From the NCBI GenBank assembly GCA_964348605.1, contig CAYGDC010000001.1, positions 6,926-41,822 on the forward strand: 34,897 bases of DNA, read 5' to 3'. Below the pieces are notes generated by a model that did not search any database, was not told the origin of the DNA, and was given only the letters and a program-made list of their open reading frames with translations. The translations under genes and the position numbers were made by a program. This document shows, one piece after another, positions 1 to 8,432 of this stretch (within the stretch, counting starts at the first letter, position 1; each line of letters begins with the position of its first letter). This DNA comes from an uncultured Candidatus Saccharibacteria bacterium (GTDB lineage Bacteria > Patescibacteriota > Minisyncoccia > UBA6257 > Colwellbacteraceae).

Positions 1-330
1 TAGCTCCCATGCTTCTCATGGCTCTCATGGCTCTCATAGCTCTCATAGCTCTCATAGCTCTCATAGCTCTCATAGCTCCCATAGCTCTCATAGCTCCCAT
101 GCTTCTCATGGCTCTCATGGCTCTCATAGCTCTCATAGCTCTCATAGCTCTCATAGCTCTCATAGCTCCCATAGCTCTCATAGCTCCCATGCTTCTCATG
201 GCTCTCATGGCTCTCATAGCTCTCATAGCTCTCATGGCTCTCATGGCTCTCATAGCTCCCACGGCTCCCATGGCTCTCATAGCTCCCACGGCTCCCATGG
301 CTCCCATGCCTCTCATAGCTCTCATGGCTC
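1..330. repeat. Tandem repeat with a 9-bp unit (consensus GCTCTCATA) arranged in a 90-bp higher-order unit. Copies start at 1, 91 and 181; the first two are identical and the third diverges after ~232. The array runs off the left window edge.
   Basis: Direct reading shows the same 90-nt string at 1-90 and 91-180. Unit variants are GCTCTCATG, GCTCCCATA, GCTCCCATG, GCTCCCACG, CTTCTCATG and CCTCTCATA. By eye the array is clearly more GC-rich than the following 14 kb. Confidence 0.95.
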
Positions 331-338
331 TTGTATAG
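9..338 (+). CDS. Candidate repeat-encoded hydrophobic low-complexity peptide, (A-L-I/M)n with Pro/Thr variants. The frame stays open to nt 3, so the real 5' end may lie outside the window. Coding status and strand are unresolved.
   Basis: The ORF is in the track, stops with TAG at 336-338, and lies on the same strand 47 nt upstream of the first rSAM gene. Two minus-strand frames are also open across the array (see findings), and Leu is encoded by CTC, which is rare elsewhere in the island. Confidence 0.3.
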   Translation: MLLMALMALIALIALIALIALIAPIALIAPMLLMALMALIALIALIALIALIAPIALIAPMLLMALMALIALIALMALMALIAPTAPMALIAPTAPMAPMPLIALMALV

Positions 339-385
339 TTTGTTGTGTTATCACATTTTGATATATTGTATTTACAATCAAATCC

Positions 386-2170
386 GTGTTTTTACGATAC
401 ATAGCGAATAAAATCTATTTAGAAGCTACAGACTCTATTAAAGAGGAATTTTTGCATCCAGAAATATTTTCAATTAAAAGACACATAAATCTTAGAGAGG
501 AGCACGCCTCAGTGCCGCTAGTTTTATTACTAACAAATAAATGTAATGCAATATGTACTTATTGTTATGTCAACGCAAATAAAACAAAAAAAATAATGAG
601 TTTTAAGTTAGCTAAAAAAGTCATTGATGCTGCTTTAATTAAAAATTCAAAACTAGATATATATTTCTTTGGTGGAGGAGAACCGACTATAGCGTTTGCT
701 TTAATGAAAAAAATTCAAGTATATACTAGTTCTTTCAAAAACAAACAAATAAATTTATTTTTAATCTCTAATGGTTTTTTTAATAAATCTGTAGCTAAAT
801 GGATAGCCAGTAATATAAAACATATTTCAATTTCTTGTGATGGTCCTCCATATATTCAAAATAAAAATAGGCCACTTATAGGGAAGCAAGACAGCAGCTC
901 TATTCTAGAAGAAAATCTTAATTTTTTATTACAAAAGGGAGCATCGGTGGTCCTCAGAGTAACTATCACTATGAACTCTTCTAAAAAACAAAAAGAAATT
1001 ATAGAATATGCTTTCCGATTAGGAATTAAAAAACTTTTGTTTGCACCTTTTAGAACAACTAATAAAAGCAGAAAAAACAAAGTTAAAGCAGTTAATTATT
1101 TCAAATTTGCCCAAGATTTTTTAAAAGCTAATGAGCTAGCTGATATTTTTGGATCCAAAATTATTAGCGACTTTTTTCCCATAGAGCCCAAAGATTCAAT
1201 GTGCGGCTTTGAGTCTCCTAATATAGCTGTTTCTTATTCTGGTCATGTAACTACTTGTTGGGAATCAAGCATTAGTTATACCGATAAACGCGATGAGTTT
1301 GTTTATGGCCGAATAGGGGATAATGGTGAAATTCGAAAAAACCCTCGATCTTGGGATAAAATTACTAAAAGAACACCAGATAATATAGATGAATGCCGCT
1401 CCTGTTTTTTAAAACGGAGTTGTGCTGGCGGTTGCGCCGCTACACATTTTCAAGCAACTGGAGACATAATGAAATTAGACAAAAATCGATGTGATGCCTC
1501 AAGATGGCTTGTCAAACAATATATTCTTTGTCTTGCTAGGCAACAAAACATAAATATTAAACCGTTTTTCGAACAGAATCAAAACAAAACATATTTTATT
1601 ACTTATTTTAACCGCTTTAGGGTGGGGAGAAAAAATATTATGGAGTTTAATCCGTTTATTGAAATAAGTAAGTCTAATTTAGATGATTTATCTCTCCTTA
1701 CAAAATTAATAGTTAAATATCGAGACAAAAAAGGATATAGCCCTATTTTATTTTTTTTAAATTTTATTTTTTCGCCAGATAATTTAAACATTAACACAGG
1801 ACATAAAATTATAACTTTTCTAAAAACTTTATCAGATCATAAAATACATTTTATTATAACAGCCCCATTGCCGAGCTGTATTTTTTCTACAGAAGACCTG
1901 TCTTTCATAATTACAAATTACAAATCTCCCGAAACTCTTATTACTTCTTTATCCTTTTTTCGCATAATAAATAATTTTTATTATTTTAATAACATTAATT
2001 CTAAAATTAAATATTCTGCCCTTGTAAAAAGGGAGATATTATTTAAAAGAGCTTTAGAAATTAAGCCTTTTCAAATTTATAACAAATGTTGTAAATGTCC
2101 ACTATTTTTACAAAAAAGTTGCGGAGGAGTATTTAATAAAATAAATATAAATATTGAAAAAAAATATTAA
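386..2170 (+). CDS. Radical SAM/SPASM-domain enzyme (594 aa) with a ~170-aa Cys-containing C-terminal extension
   Basis: CNAICTYC (CxxxCxxC, aa 53-60, nt 542-565), FFGGGEPT, and a canonical SPASM motif CRSCFLKRSCAGGC (aa 337-350). The C-terminal extension carries PLPSC and CCKCx7CGG. There is no ATG before the rSAM motif. GTG at 386 is the track start; TTG at 452, preceded by AAGAGGA, is an alternative. Confidence 0.85.
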   Translation: MFLRYIANKIYLEATDSIKEEFLHPEIFSIKRHINLREEHASVPLVLLLTNKCNAICTYCYVNANKTKKIMSFKLAKKVIDAALIKNSKLDIYFFGGGEPTIAFALMKKIQVYTSSFKNKQINLFLISNGFFNKSVAKWIASNIKHISISCDGPPYIQNKNRPLIGKQDSSSILEENLNFLLQKGASVVLRVTITMNSSKKQKEIIEYAFRLGIKKLLFAPFRTTNKSRKNKVKAVNYFKFAQDFLKANELADIFGSKIISDFFPIEPKDSMCGFESPNIAVSYSGHVTTCWESSISYTDKRDEFVYGRIGDNGEIRKNPRSWDKITKRTPDNIDECRSCFLKRSCAGGCAATHFQATGDIMKLDKNRCDASRWLVKQYILCLARQQNINIKPFFEQNQNKTYFITYFNRFRVGRKNIMEFNPFIEISKSNLDDLSLLTKLIVKYRDKKGYSPILFFLNFIFSPDNLNINTGHKIITFLKTLSDHKIHFIITAPLPSCIFSTEDLSFIITNYKSPETLITSLSFFRIINNFYYFNNINSKIKYSALVKREILFKRALEIKPFQIYNKCCKCPLFLQKSCGGVFNKININIEKKY

Positions 2171-2672
2171 ATCTATCATATTATTGTTTGTTGGGTTAAT
2201 AATCTTATTATTAATGCACTACTTAGGCATTGCCGACATTCCTTTTGTACAAAATAGTTTATATATAAGTTTTATTTGGTCTATAGTCGCGGTCATATTT
2301 TTAACTATAATTCACCTATTTTATTTTTATATTTTAATTCCCAATAATAAATTTTCGATATATTGGGAGAATATAAGTTGGCGCAAAATATTTAGATTTT
2401 TTTATACTTCATTTATAGAAGAGGTCTGGTTTAGGGGGGTCTTCCTTTTATTATTATTTAATATAATTGAATATCCAGCAATTTTAATATCTGCTATTTT
2501 TTTTACTATCATGCACCATAGCCGAGAGGCGCAAATATTTGCTTTTTTAATGGGGATATTATTCGGATTTATAGTTATTTATACCAATAATATCATAGGA
2601 CCATTTTTAGGCCACTGGATTTTTAATATTATAAATTATAATTTTATTGGCCCAGTTAAAATAAAAAAATAA
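2154..2672 (+). CDS. CPBP-family (CAAX/Abi-type) intramembrane glutamic protease
   Basis: A polytopic hydrophobic protein with the three CPBP motifs: EEVWFR (aa 89-94), FFTIMHH (FxxxH, aa 116-122) and HWIFN (HxxxN, aa 154-158). The TTG start overlaps the upstream rSAM stop by 17 nt, so the exact start is uncertain. Confidence 0.75.
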   Translation: MKKNIKSIILLFVGLIILLLMHYLGIADIPFVQNSLYISFIWSIVAVIFLTIIHLFYFYILIPNNKFSIYWENISWRKIFRFFYTSFIEEVWFRGVFLLLLFNIIEYPAILISAIFFTIMHHSREAQIFAFLMGILFGFIVIYTNNIIGPFLGHWIFNIINYNFIGPVKIKK

Positions 2673-2685
2673 AAATAAGTATATT

Positions 2686-3654
2686 ATGACTCTAATTACA
2701 AAGAGATCTCCATATATCGCGCTTACTTATGATTGTAATTTAAGCTGTGATTATTGCTCTTCAGAGGGACTTTATGAAAGAAATAACAAAAATATTTCAG
2801 TTAAGGATTTTGTATTAGTTATTGATTGGCTTGTAAAACAAGGAGTGAAATCTATCGCTCTTATTGGCGGAGAGCCAACTTTGCATCCAGAATTCAACGA
2901 ATTAATGAGCTATGCCGGTAAAAAAATTGCTATTTTTTTGCCCACGAATGGTCTTTTCGAAGAAAGAAAAAAAATCCCTTTTTCAAAACAAGAAATTAGA
3001 GGAGCCACGCTACATCTTAATGCAAAAACAATGTATTTAGAGAATGATTGGAAATTATTTAATCAAAATGCTATTTATCTATCTAATTTAAATATACTTA
3101 CTGATATTAGTTTTGTAATTAAAGAAGTGCCCTTGCCAAGAGAAGAGATTTTATCCTTTTGCCAGAAATATAAAAGAACACTTCGCCTTGCCTTTGCTCG
3201 ACCAAGCGCTTTTGGAAAAAACAATTTTTTAACTTTTAATCAAATAAAAAAAATTTTTTCATCAATTGAGAAAGATATTATGTTTTTTAGAGAAAAAGGC
3301 ATCAAGACCGCTATGTTTAGTAATTTGCCAATCTGCATAATAGAAAACTATCGCCCTCTTTTTTCGTACAATTCCAGCGATTTATCCCCTAATTTAGGGA
3401 CTTGTTGCTCAACAATAGATGGTAAATTTGATGCGTCTATTGTTATTCACCCCAATTTAACAACAAATATCTGTATGGCATTGCCCCTGTCAAACCCTAA
3501 AAGGATTATTGAATATAAGTCTTTAGATGAAGCTAAAAAAATTTTTGCAAAAGATTTTGCTAAAATTCAAAGAAAGCCTCTTTTTAAAAAGTGTGAAATA
3601 TGTGAGTTATATAATAATAGCTGTCATGGAGGATGCTTAGTCCGCAAACTATAG
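2686..3654 (+). CDS. Radical SAM enzyme with a SPASM/twitch-like C-terminal Cys cluster (322 aa)
   Basis: CNLSCDYC (nt 2734-2757), LIGGEPTL, and C-terminal GTCC...C...CEICx6CHGGC. Confidence 0.85.
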   Translation: MTLITKRSPYIALTYDCNLSCDYCSSEGLYERNNKNISVKDFVLVIDWLVKQGVKSIALIGGEPTLHPEFNELMSYAGKKIAIFLPTNGLFEERKKIPFSKQEIRGATLHLNAKTMYLENDWKLFNQNAIYLSNLNILTDISFVIKEVPLPREEILSFCQKYKRTLRLAFARPSAFGKNNFLTFNQIKKIFSSIEKDIMFFREKGIKTAMFSNLPICIIENYRPLFSYNSSDLSPNLGTCCSTIDGKFDASIVIHPNLTTNICMALPLSNPKRIIEYKSLDEAKKIFAKDFAKIQRKPLFKKCEICELYNNSCHGGCLVRKL

Positions 3655-3730
3655 AAAGTATATATTGCGATACTAAGTTATATAATATACACTGGAATGG
3701 TTTGAAAATGATTTATAAATCATTACAATA

Positions 3731-4645
3731 ATGACGCGACTAGATTTAAAGGTGGGATTTCAGTGCAATAATTATTGTATTTTTTGTGTGCAGGGAGACA
3801 AAAGGTACAAGCACCCAGATAGAAATCTAAAAGAAATTAAGCTAATCTTACAGCGCGGCAGCAAAGAATTAAGGCGTAATGTAGTTTTTACTGGAGGAGA
3901 AGCGACTTTGAGAAAAAATATTCTATTAAAAGCAGTGGCCTACGCTAAAAAAATAGGATATCAAACCATTCAAATCCAAAGCAATGGAAGAATGTTCGCT
4001 TATATTGATTATTGTAAAGAGCTTATCATGGCTGGAGCGAATGAGTTTAGTCCAGCGTTACACGGCTCTACTCCTGATATTCATGACGAACTAACTCAAG
4101 TCCCTGGTAGTTTTAAACAAACTACGGAAGGCATCAAAAACCTTAAACTACTCAATCAATATGTGTTAACTAATTCAGTTATTACTAAAAAAAATTATAA
4201 AGACTTACCTAAATTATCAGAGTTATTAGTTCAATTAAGGGTTAATCAATTTCAACTAGCATTTATTCATATTAATCAAATTATTGCTAGTGATCCTTAT
4301 AAAATAAATGATATAGTGCCAAAAGTAAGTAAAGTAATGCCCTATGTTAAGAAAGCGCTTGATGTTGGGGTTATAGCAGGTGTTTCTTGCATGACTGAGG
4401 CAATTCCCTATTGCCTAATGTATGGTTATGAGGACTATATTGCTGAAAAAATTATACCAGAAGCGCATGTTTTTGATGCAGAGATAGATATTATAGACTA
4501 TACTCAATACAGACGAAATCAAGGGAAAATTAAATCTCCTAATTGCCTAAGGTGTTATTACTATCAAGTCTGCGAAGGTCCGTGGAAAGAGTATCCAGAG
4601 ATTTTTGGATGGTCAGAGTTTAAATCAGTAATTAATAAAAAATGA
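3731..4645 (+). CDS. Radical SAM enzyme, paralog family A, member A1 (304 aa)
   Basis: CNNYCIFC (nt 3764-3787), FTGGEATLR, SNGRMFAY, HDELTQVPGSFKQTTEGIKN, and C-terminal IPYC...CLRCx5CEG. It closely resembles the internal rSAM domain of the 1151-aa fusion. Confidence 0.85.
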   Translation: MTRLDLKVGFQCNNYCIFCVQGDKRYKHPDRNLKEIKLILQRGSKELRRNVVFTGGEATLRKNILLKAVAYAKKIGYQTIQIQSNGRMFAYIDYCKELIMAGANEFSPALHGSTPDIHDELTQVPGSFKQTTEGIKNLKLLNQYVLTNSVITKKNYKDLPKLSELLVQLRVNQFQLAFIHINQIIASDPYKINDIVPKVSKVMPYVKKALDVGVIAGVSCMTEAIPYCLMYGYEDYIAEKIIPEAHVFDAEIDIIDYTQYRRNQGKIKSPNCLRCYYYQVCEGPWKEYPEIFGWSEFKSVINKK

Positions 4646-5637
4646 TCAATTTAAAAAATAAAAAAGCTGTTTTTAAAAAAATTAACACAATAACTAAATT
4701 ATTTAATTTATCTGCTTATGAGTTATTAGCTGTTATTTACAATTTAAAACCAGCAATGGCTGAAGCTAATACCGGTGTTTATGACTCATCGTCTTCTGAG
4801 AAGCTAGATCAACTTGGAAGAATATGTTCAGAGCTAGGCCTTAAAATGGCCTTCTCACAAAAAAAATATATCATTAATAGCCCACGAGGAATTTTTGAAG
4901 AAGTAGAACTGAATAGCCCAGAAGACGGTAATTTAGTTATTGGGATATCTAAAGATATACAAACATCATTAAGTGCTGTGGCTCATTATCGATGGAAGAT
5001 GAAAGATAGTATTTATGGCAGGAGCTTTGGCAAGCTTATGGGCTATCCTGACTGTTGCTTAGATTTTGGAGACTATTTATGCAAGGGTCACGGTGATAGC
5101 AATTCTAATAATTTAGGATTCCGTAATCCAGCCGTGGAGTCACTTAAAAGATCAAAAAAAGTAGCTTGGCAATTAAATATCTTTGTCGCATCAGCTTTGC
5201 CCCACTATCCTTGTCATTTAAATTGCAACAAAAGCAAAGATTATGTTAATGGTCTTTTCGAAATTCTAAAAATAGCTGCGCCAGAAATATACCTAAGGCA
5301 CACAATGATGCTTAAAAATGATATTAGTCTTTATTGGAGTTGCGCTGATAAGGTTGTTTTTCATGGTCATTTTATAAAAAAAGGAAATAGTTTTGCAGAT
5401 ACTGAAGCCCAATATAATAGCGCAGACTTCCATATTAATTCTTCTACATTTTATCAAGCTAACAGCGATAGTTATTTAAATCAGCTAGAAGTTATCAAGC
5501 AAGCAATAAAAGAGGGGGATAAAATCATAACTACGCCAAAATATTTTGAAATTCGGCATAGTAAAACTGTTTTATTAAAAATCAATAAAAGCCATGAGCT
5601 TATTCCAGTTTTACTTAAAAGTGATAATGAAAAATAG
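4642..5637 (+). CDS. Cys-motif protein of unknown function, family B, member B1 (331 aa)
   Basis: Motifs GYPDCC (aa 134-139) and HYPCHLNC (aa 188-195) are shared with the ORF at 7473-8432. Its ATGA start overlaps the A1 stop. I cannot place it in a named family from memory. Confidence 0.7.
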   Translation: MINLKNKKAVFKKINTITKLFNLSAYELLAVIYNLKPAMAEANTGVYDSSSSEKLDQLGRICSELGLKMAFSQKKYIINSPRGIFEEVELNSPEDGNLVIGISKDIQTSLSAVAHYRWKMKDSIYGRSFGKLMGYPDCCLDFGDYLCKGHGDSNSNNLGFRNPAVESLKRSKKVAWQLNIFVASALPHYPCHLNCNKSKDYVNGLFEILKIAAPEIYLRHTMMLKNDISLYWSCADKVVFHGHFIKKGNSFADTEAQYNSADFHINSSTFYQANSDSYLNQLEVIKQAIKEGDKIITTPKYFEIRHSKTVLLKINKSHELIPVLLKSDNEK

Positions 5638-6574
5638 CAATCAAAAACAACTCATAGCAGTAACAGGATTCACATGTAACAATAATTGTGTTTTATGTTC
5701 ACTAAGGCCTCAGGCCCTTATTCATAATAATAAAAGTACGCAGGAAATCGAAGTTATGTTGGCATCTGCTGCCAAAGAAGGCTTATCAGCAGTAGAGTTC
5801 ACAGGTGGTGAGCCTACTTTAAGAAAAGACTTACTTCATCTTATTTGTTACGCAAAAAATATAGGGTTTCGAAATATTGCGATTGGGACTAATGGTCGGC
5901 TTTTAAGTTATAAAGTTTTTTTAAACAATTTGATTAGCGCCGGATTAAATAAAATTACCCTGACCCTTTTTTCCCATAAGGAACTTATTCACGATTCAAT
6001 AACGCGAACTCCTGGATCATTTAAGCAAACAGTAACCGCTATCAATAATATTATTCAAGAGCCCAGTATTCAATTAAGCGTCAATACAACAGTTTGTCAA
6101 TTGAATTATGCATTACTTAATGAAACTGGGATATTTTTATATAAAGCTGGAGTTAAGCATTGGGGGGTCTTAGACCTTATTCCTTTTGGCAATGCTGATA
6201 AACTTTATATAAGTTTGGTAGTTAAGCTAGATGAGTTATATATTGCGCTTAATAAACTTGAAAATATAGTAGGCTATTTTCAATCAGTATCATTTTTTGA
6301 CTTCTCTCACTGTTTGTTTAATAAAAAAATAAGGAGTCATCTAAATATCAGATTTTTTGATGCGCAAGAAAGAGTGCATACTTTTAAACAAATAGGGTAT
6401 CGTCCTGCAAGATTTAGCGTGAAAAAAAAAGACATTTATAGCGATGTTCATAAGCGTCATATTGCAATATGCGAAAATTGCCATTATAACAAAAATTGTG
6501 CAGGTTTTTGGCAAAACTATCTTCATTTATATGGCGAATCATTTAAAGCTCAGGTAATAAAAAAAGCTCTCTAA
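5627..6574 (+). CDS. Radical SAM enzyme, paralog family A, member A2
   Basis: CNNNCVLC (nt 5675-5698), FTGGEPTLRKD, TNGRLLSY, HDSITRTPGSFKQT, and C-terminal CENCx5CAG. The track start is 5594. I prefer the ATG at 5627 (MKNSNQ...), which overlaps the stop of B1. Confidence 0.8.
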   Translation: MKNSNQKQLIAVTGFTCNNNCVLCSLRPQALIHNNKSTQEIEVMLASAAKEGLSAVEFTGGEPTLRKDLLHLICYAKNIGFRNIAIGTNGRLLSYKVFLNNLISAGLNKITLTLFSHKELIHDSITRTPGSFKQTVTAINNIIQEPSIQLSVNTTVCQLNYALLNETGIFLYKAGVKHWGVLDLIPFGNADKLYISLVVKLDELYIALNKLENIVGYFQSVSFFDFSHCLFNKKIRSHLNIRFFDAQERVHTFKQIGYRPARFSVKKKDIYSDVHKRHIAICENCHYNKNCAGFWQNYLHLYGESFKAQVIKKAL

Positions 6575-6578
6575 AAAT

Positions 6579-7433
6579 ATGACAACTAAAACAATTAGTC
6601 CTTATATATATATAGGATATCATTGTAATAATAACTGTATTTTTTGCTCTGAGGCTGATGGATATCTCGAGGCATTAAAAATAAAAACCACAGATCAAGT
6701 TAAAAAAGAAATTATTGCAGCTAGGCAGCAATACAATTTTATTAATTTTATGGGCAGAGAGCCCACTCTTAGAAATGATTTTATAGACATTATTAAATTT
6801 GCTCAACAACAACATTTTGAACAGATCGGTTTTACTACCAATGGCAGAATGTTGGCATACCCAGAATTTACTCAAAGGATTTTACGCACCGGCATCAATC
6901 AAGTTGCTATTTCTTTAATTGGGAATAATCACATTATTCACGATAAACAAACTCAGGTTAAGGGTAGTTTTATGCAAACAATTCATGGTATTAAAAATGT
7001 GATTAAATTTAAAGACCCTGATACCAGCTTATTAATTAACATACCACTAAATAAATTAAATTATCTTTCGCTCAAGCCTTCTCTTGATTTATTAGTAAAA
7101 TTAGGAGTTAGAGAGATTAATATTCTTTTTGTTTTTCCTTTAAGTGAGCGCTCGCAGAATAAAAATATTATAATGTCGATGAGTAAGCTAGGAGCGCATG
7201 TCTTTAAGGTCATTAAGCCTTATTTGCAAAATCCAAATTTAAAGATTCTTTTAGTAGAATTTTTGCCATGCTCTTTGCCTAAAGAAGCTAGGCAACTTTT
7301 TTTTCCTTGTTTGGAAAAAAATCCAGAGAAAATAAGAATTCCGTTATGCTCTCAATGTTCTTATAAAGGTAAGTGCGACGGAGTTTTAAAAAACTATATT
7401 GATTTATATGGAGATAGAGAATTTGTTCTTTAA
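6579..7433 (+). CDS. Radical SAM enzyme, paralog family A, member A3 (284 aa)
   Basis: CNNNCIFC (nt 6624-6647), MGREPTLRND, TNGRMLAY, HDKQTQVKGSFMQTIHGIKN, and C-terminal CSQCx5CDG. Confidence 0.85.
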   Translation: MTTKTISPYIYIGYHCNNNCIFCSEADGYLEALKIKTTDQVKKEIIAARQQYNFINFMGREPTLRNDFIDIIKFAQQQHFEQIGFTTNGRMLAYPEFTQRILRTGINQVAISLIGNNHIIHDKQTQVKGSFMQTIHGIKNVIKFKDPDTSLLINIPLNKLNYLSLKPSLDLLVKLGVREINILFVFPLSERSQNKNIIMSMSKLGAHVFKVIKPYLQNPNLKILLVEFLPCSLPKEARQLFFPCLEKNPEKIRIPLCSQCSYKGKCDGVLKNYIDLYGDREFVL

Positions 7434-7472
7434 GTGAGAAAGGTTTATAATTTTTATTAAATAATATTAATA

Positions 7473-8432
7473 ATGAAAATTAATAAAAATCTACATAAAG
7501 AAATAATTAATTATAATCTAGATTATATAGAGCTTCTTGCTCTTTTAAATAATATTAAGCCCTTAGTTTTTTGTACTATATGCCAAGCACAAAAAAATAA
7601 CTTAATAAAGCTAATGAAAAAACTTAATCTTTATTACAGATTTGTAACTGATCCGATAATTGAAGAAAAATCCGAAATGTCAAGTAGCGAAGGAGAATTT
7701 TTAATTATTTCTAAAGAGATCGAGAAAGTAAATAATTTTATTAATGTATATTTTGGCGATAATCATGAAAAAAAATTTACAAAAGTTGGAGAGCTTTTAG
7801 GCTACCCTAAGTGTTGTGCTTTTAAATATATAAATTATATTTTTAATGATGGGTCACCACAAAGATTAAGAAATTATTATTATCAGGCAACAAAAAAATC
7901 TCAAAAATTTCACTCTCTAATTAACCCCCTTTTTTCTTTTTATGGCAGGATAAGCTCAAATGAGTTTGTAAAACTTAGATCTTTTTCTGAAAAAAATAAG
8001 TCTCTCAACATACAAGAATTAATGTTGATTTCTCATGCCCCCTGTTCTTTTAATTGCATTCAGAGCATTGAATATGCAAAAAAAATCTATTCTGTTTTAA
8101 AAAGGGAAAATAAAATTAAGGCCAATAAAATTATTAAGATTCTATCAAATCCAGTTCTTTTTTTTGATACGTTTGAGTTTATTGTTTTTAATGGAAAAGC
8201 AAATAAAAAAGAAATTATTTATAACAATATTTGTCCTCCATTTTCGCTAGTTTCTGATAAAATAATAAAAAAAATTAAACAAGGAAATAGATTACTTGTT
8301 AATGATGTTAATATTCAAATATATATTGATAAAAAAAAGATATATACAATAAAAAAAGAAAGTGTGTCCGATGGGTTTATAATACCATTTTCAAAAAATT
8401 TAATAAAAGATTATGGCCTTACTCATGAATAA
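7473..8432 (+). CDS. Cys-motif protein of unknown function, family B, member B2 (319 aa)
   Basis: GYPKCC (aa 110-115) and HAPCSFNC (aa 188-195). The N-terminal ELLAxxxNxKP segment also resembles B1. Confidence 0.7.
   Translation: MKINKNLHKEIINYNLDYIELLALLNNIKPLVFCTICQAQKNNLIKLMKKLNLYYRFVTDPIIEEKSEMSSSEGEFLIISKEIEKVNNFINVYFGDNHEKKFTKVGELLGYPKCCAFKYINYIFNDGSPQRLRNYYYQATKKSQKFHSLINPLFSFYGRISSNEFVKLRSFSEKNKSLNIQELMLISHAPCSFNCIQSIEYAKKIYSVLKRENKIKANKIIKILSNPVLFFDTFEFIVFNGKANKKEIIYNNICPPFSLVSDKIIKKIKQGNRLLVNDVNIQIYIDKKKIYTIKKESVSDGFIIPFSKNLIKDYGLTHE

Noticed and set aside
1-330. Possible CRISPR array
   Set aside because: The units are contiguous 9-mers with no unique spacers, and the periodicity is 9/90 bp. 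No cas genes are present.
3665-3686. TTGCGA ... TATAAT upstream of A1 as an internal promoter
   Set aside because: The spacer is only 10 nt, so this is not a functional sigma70 geometry.
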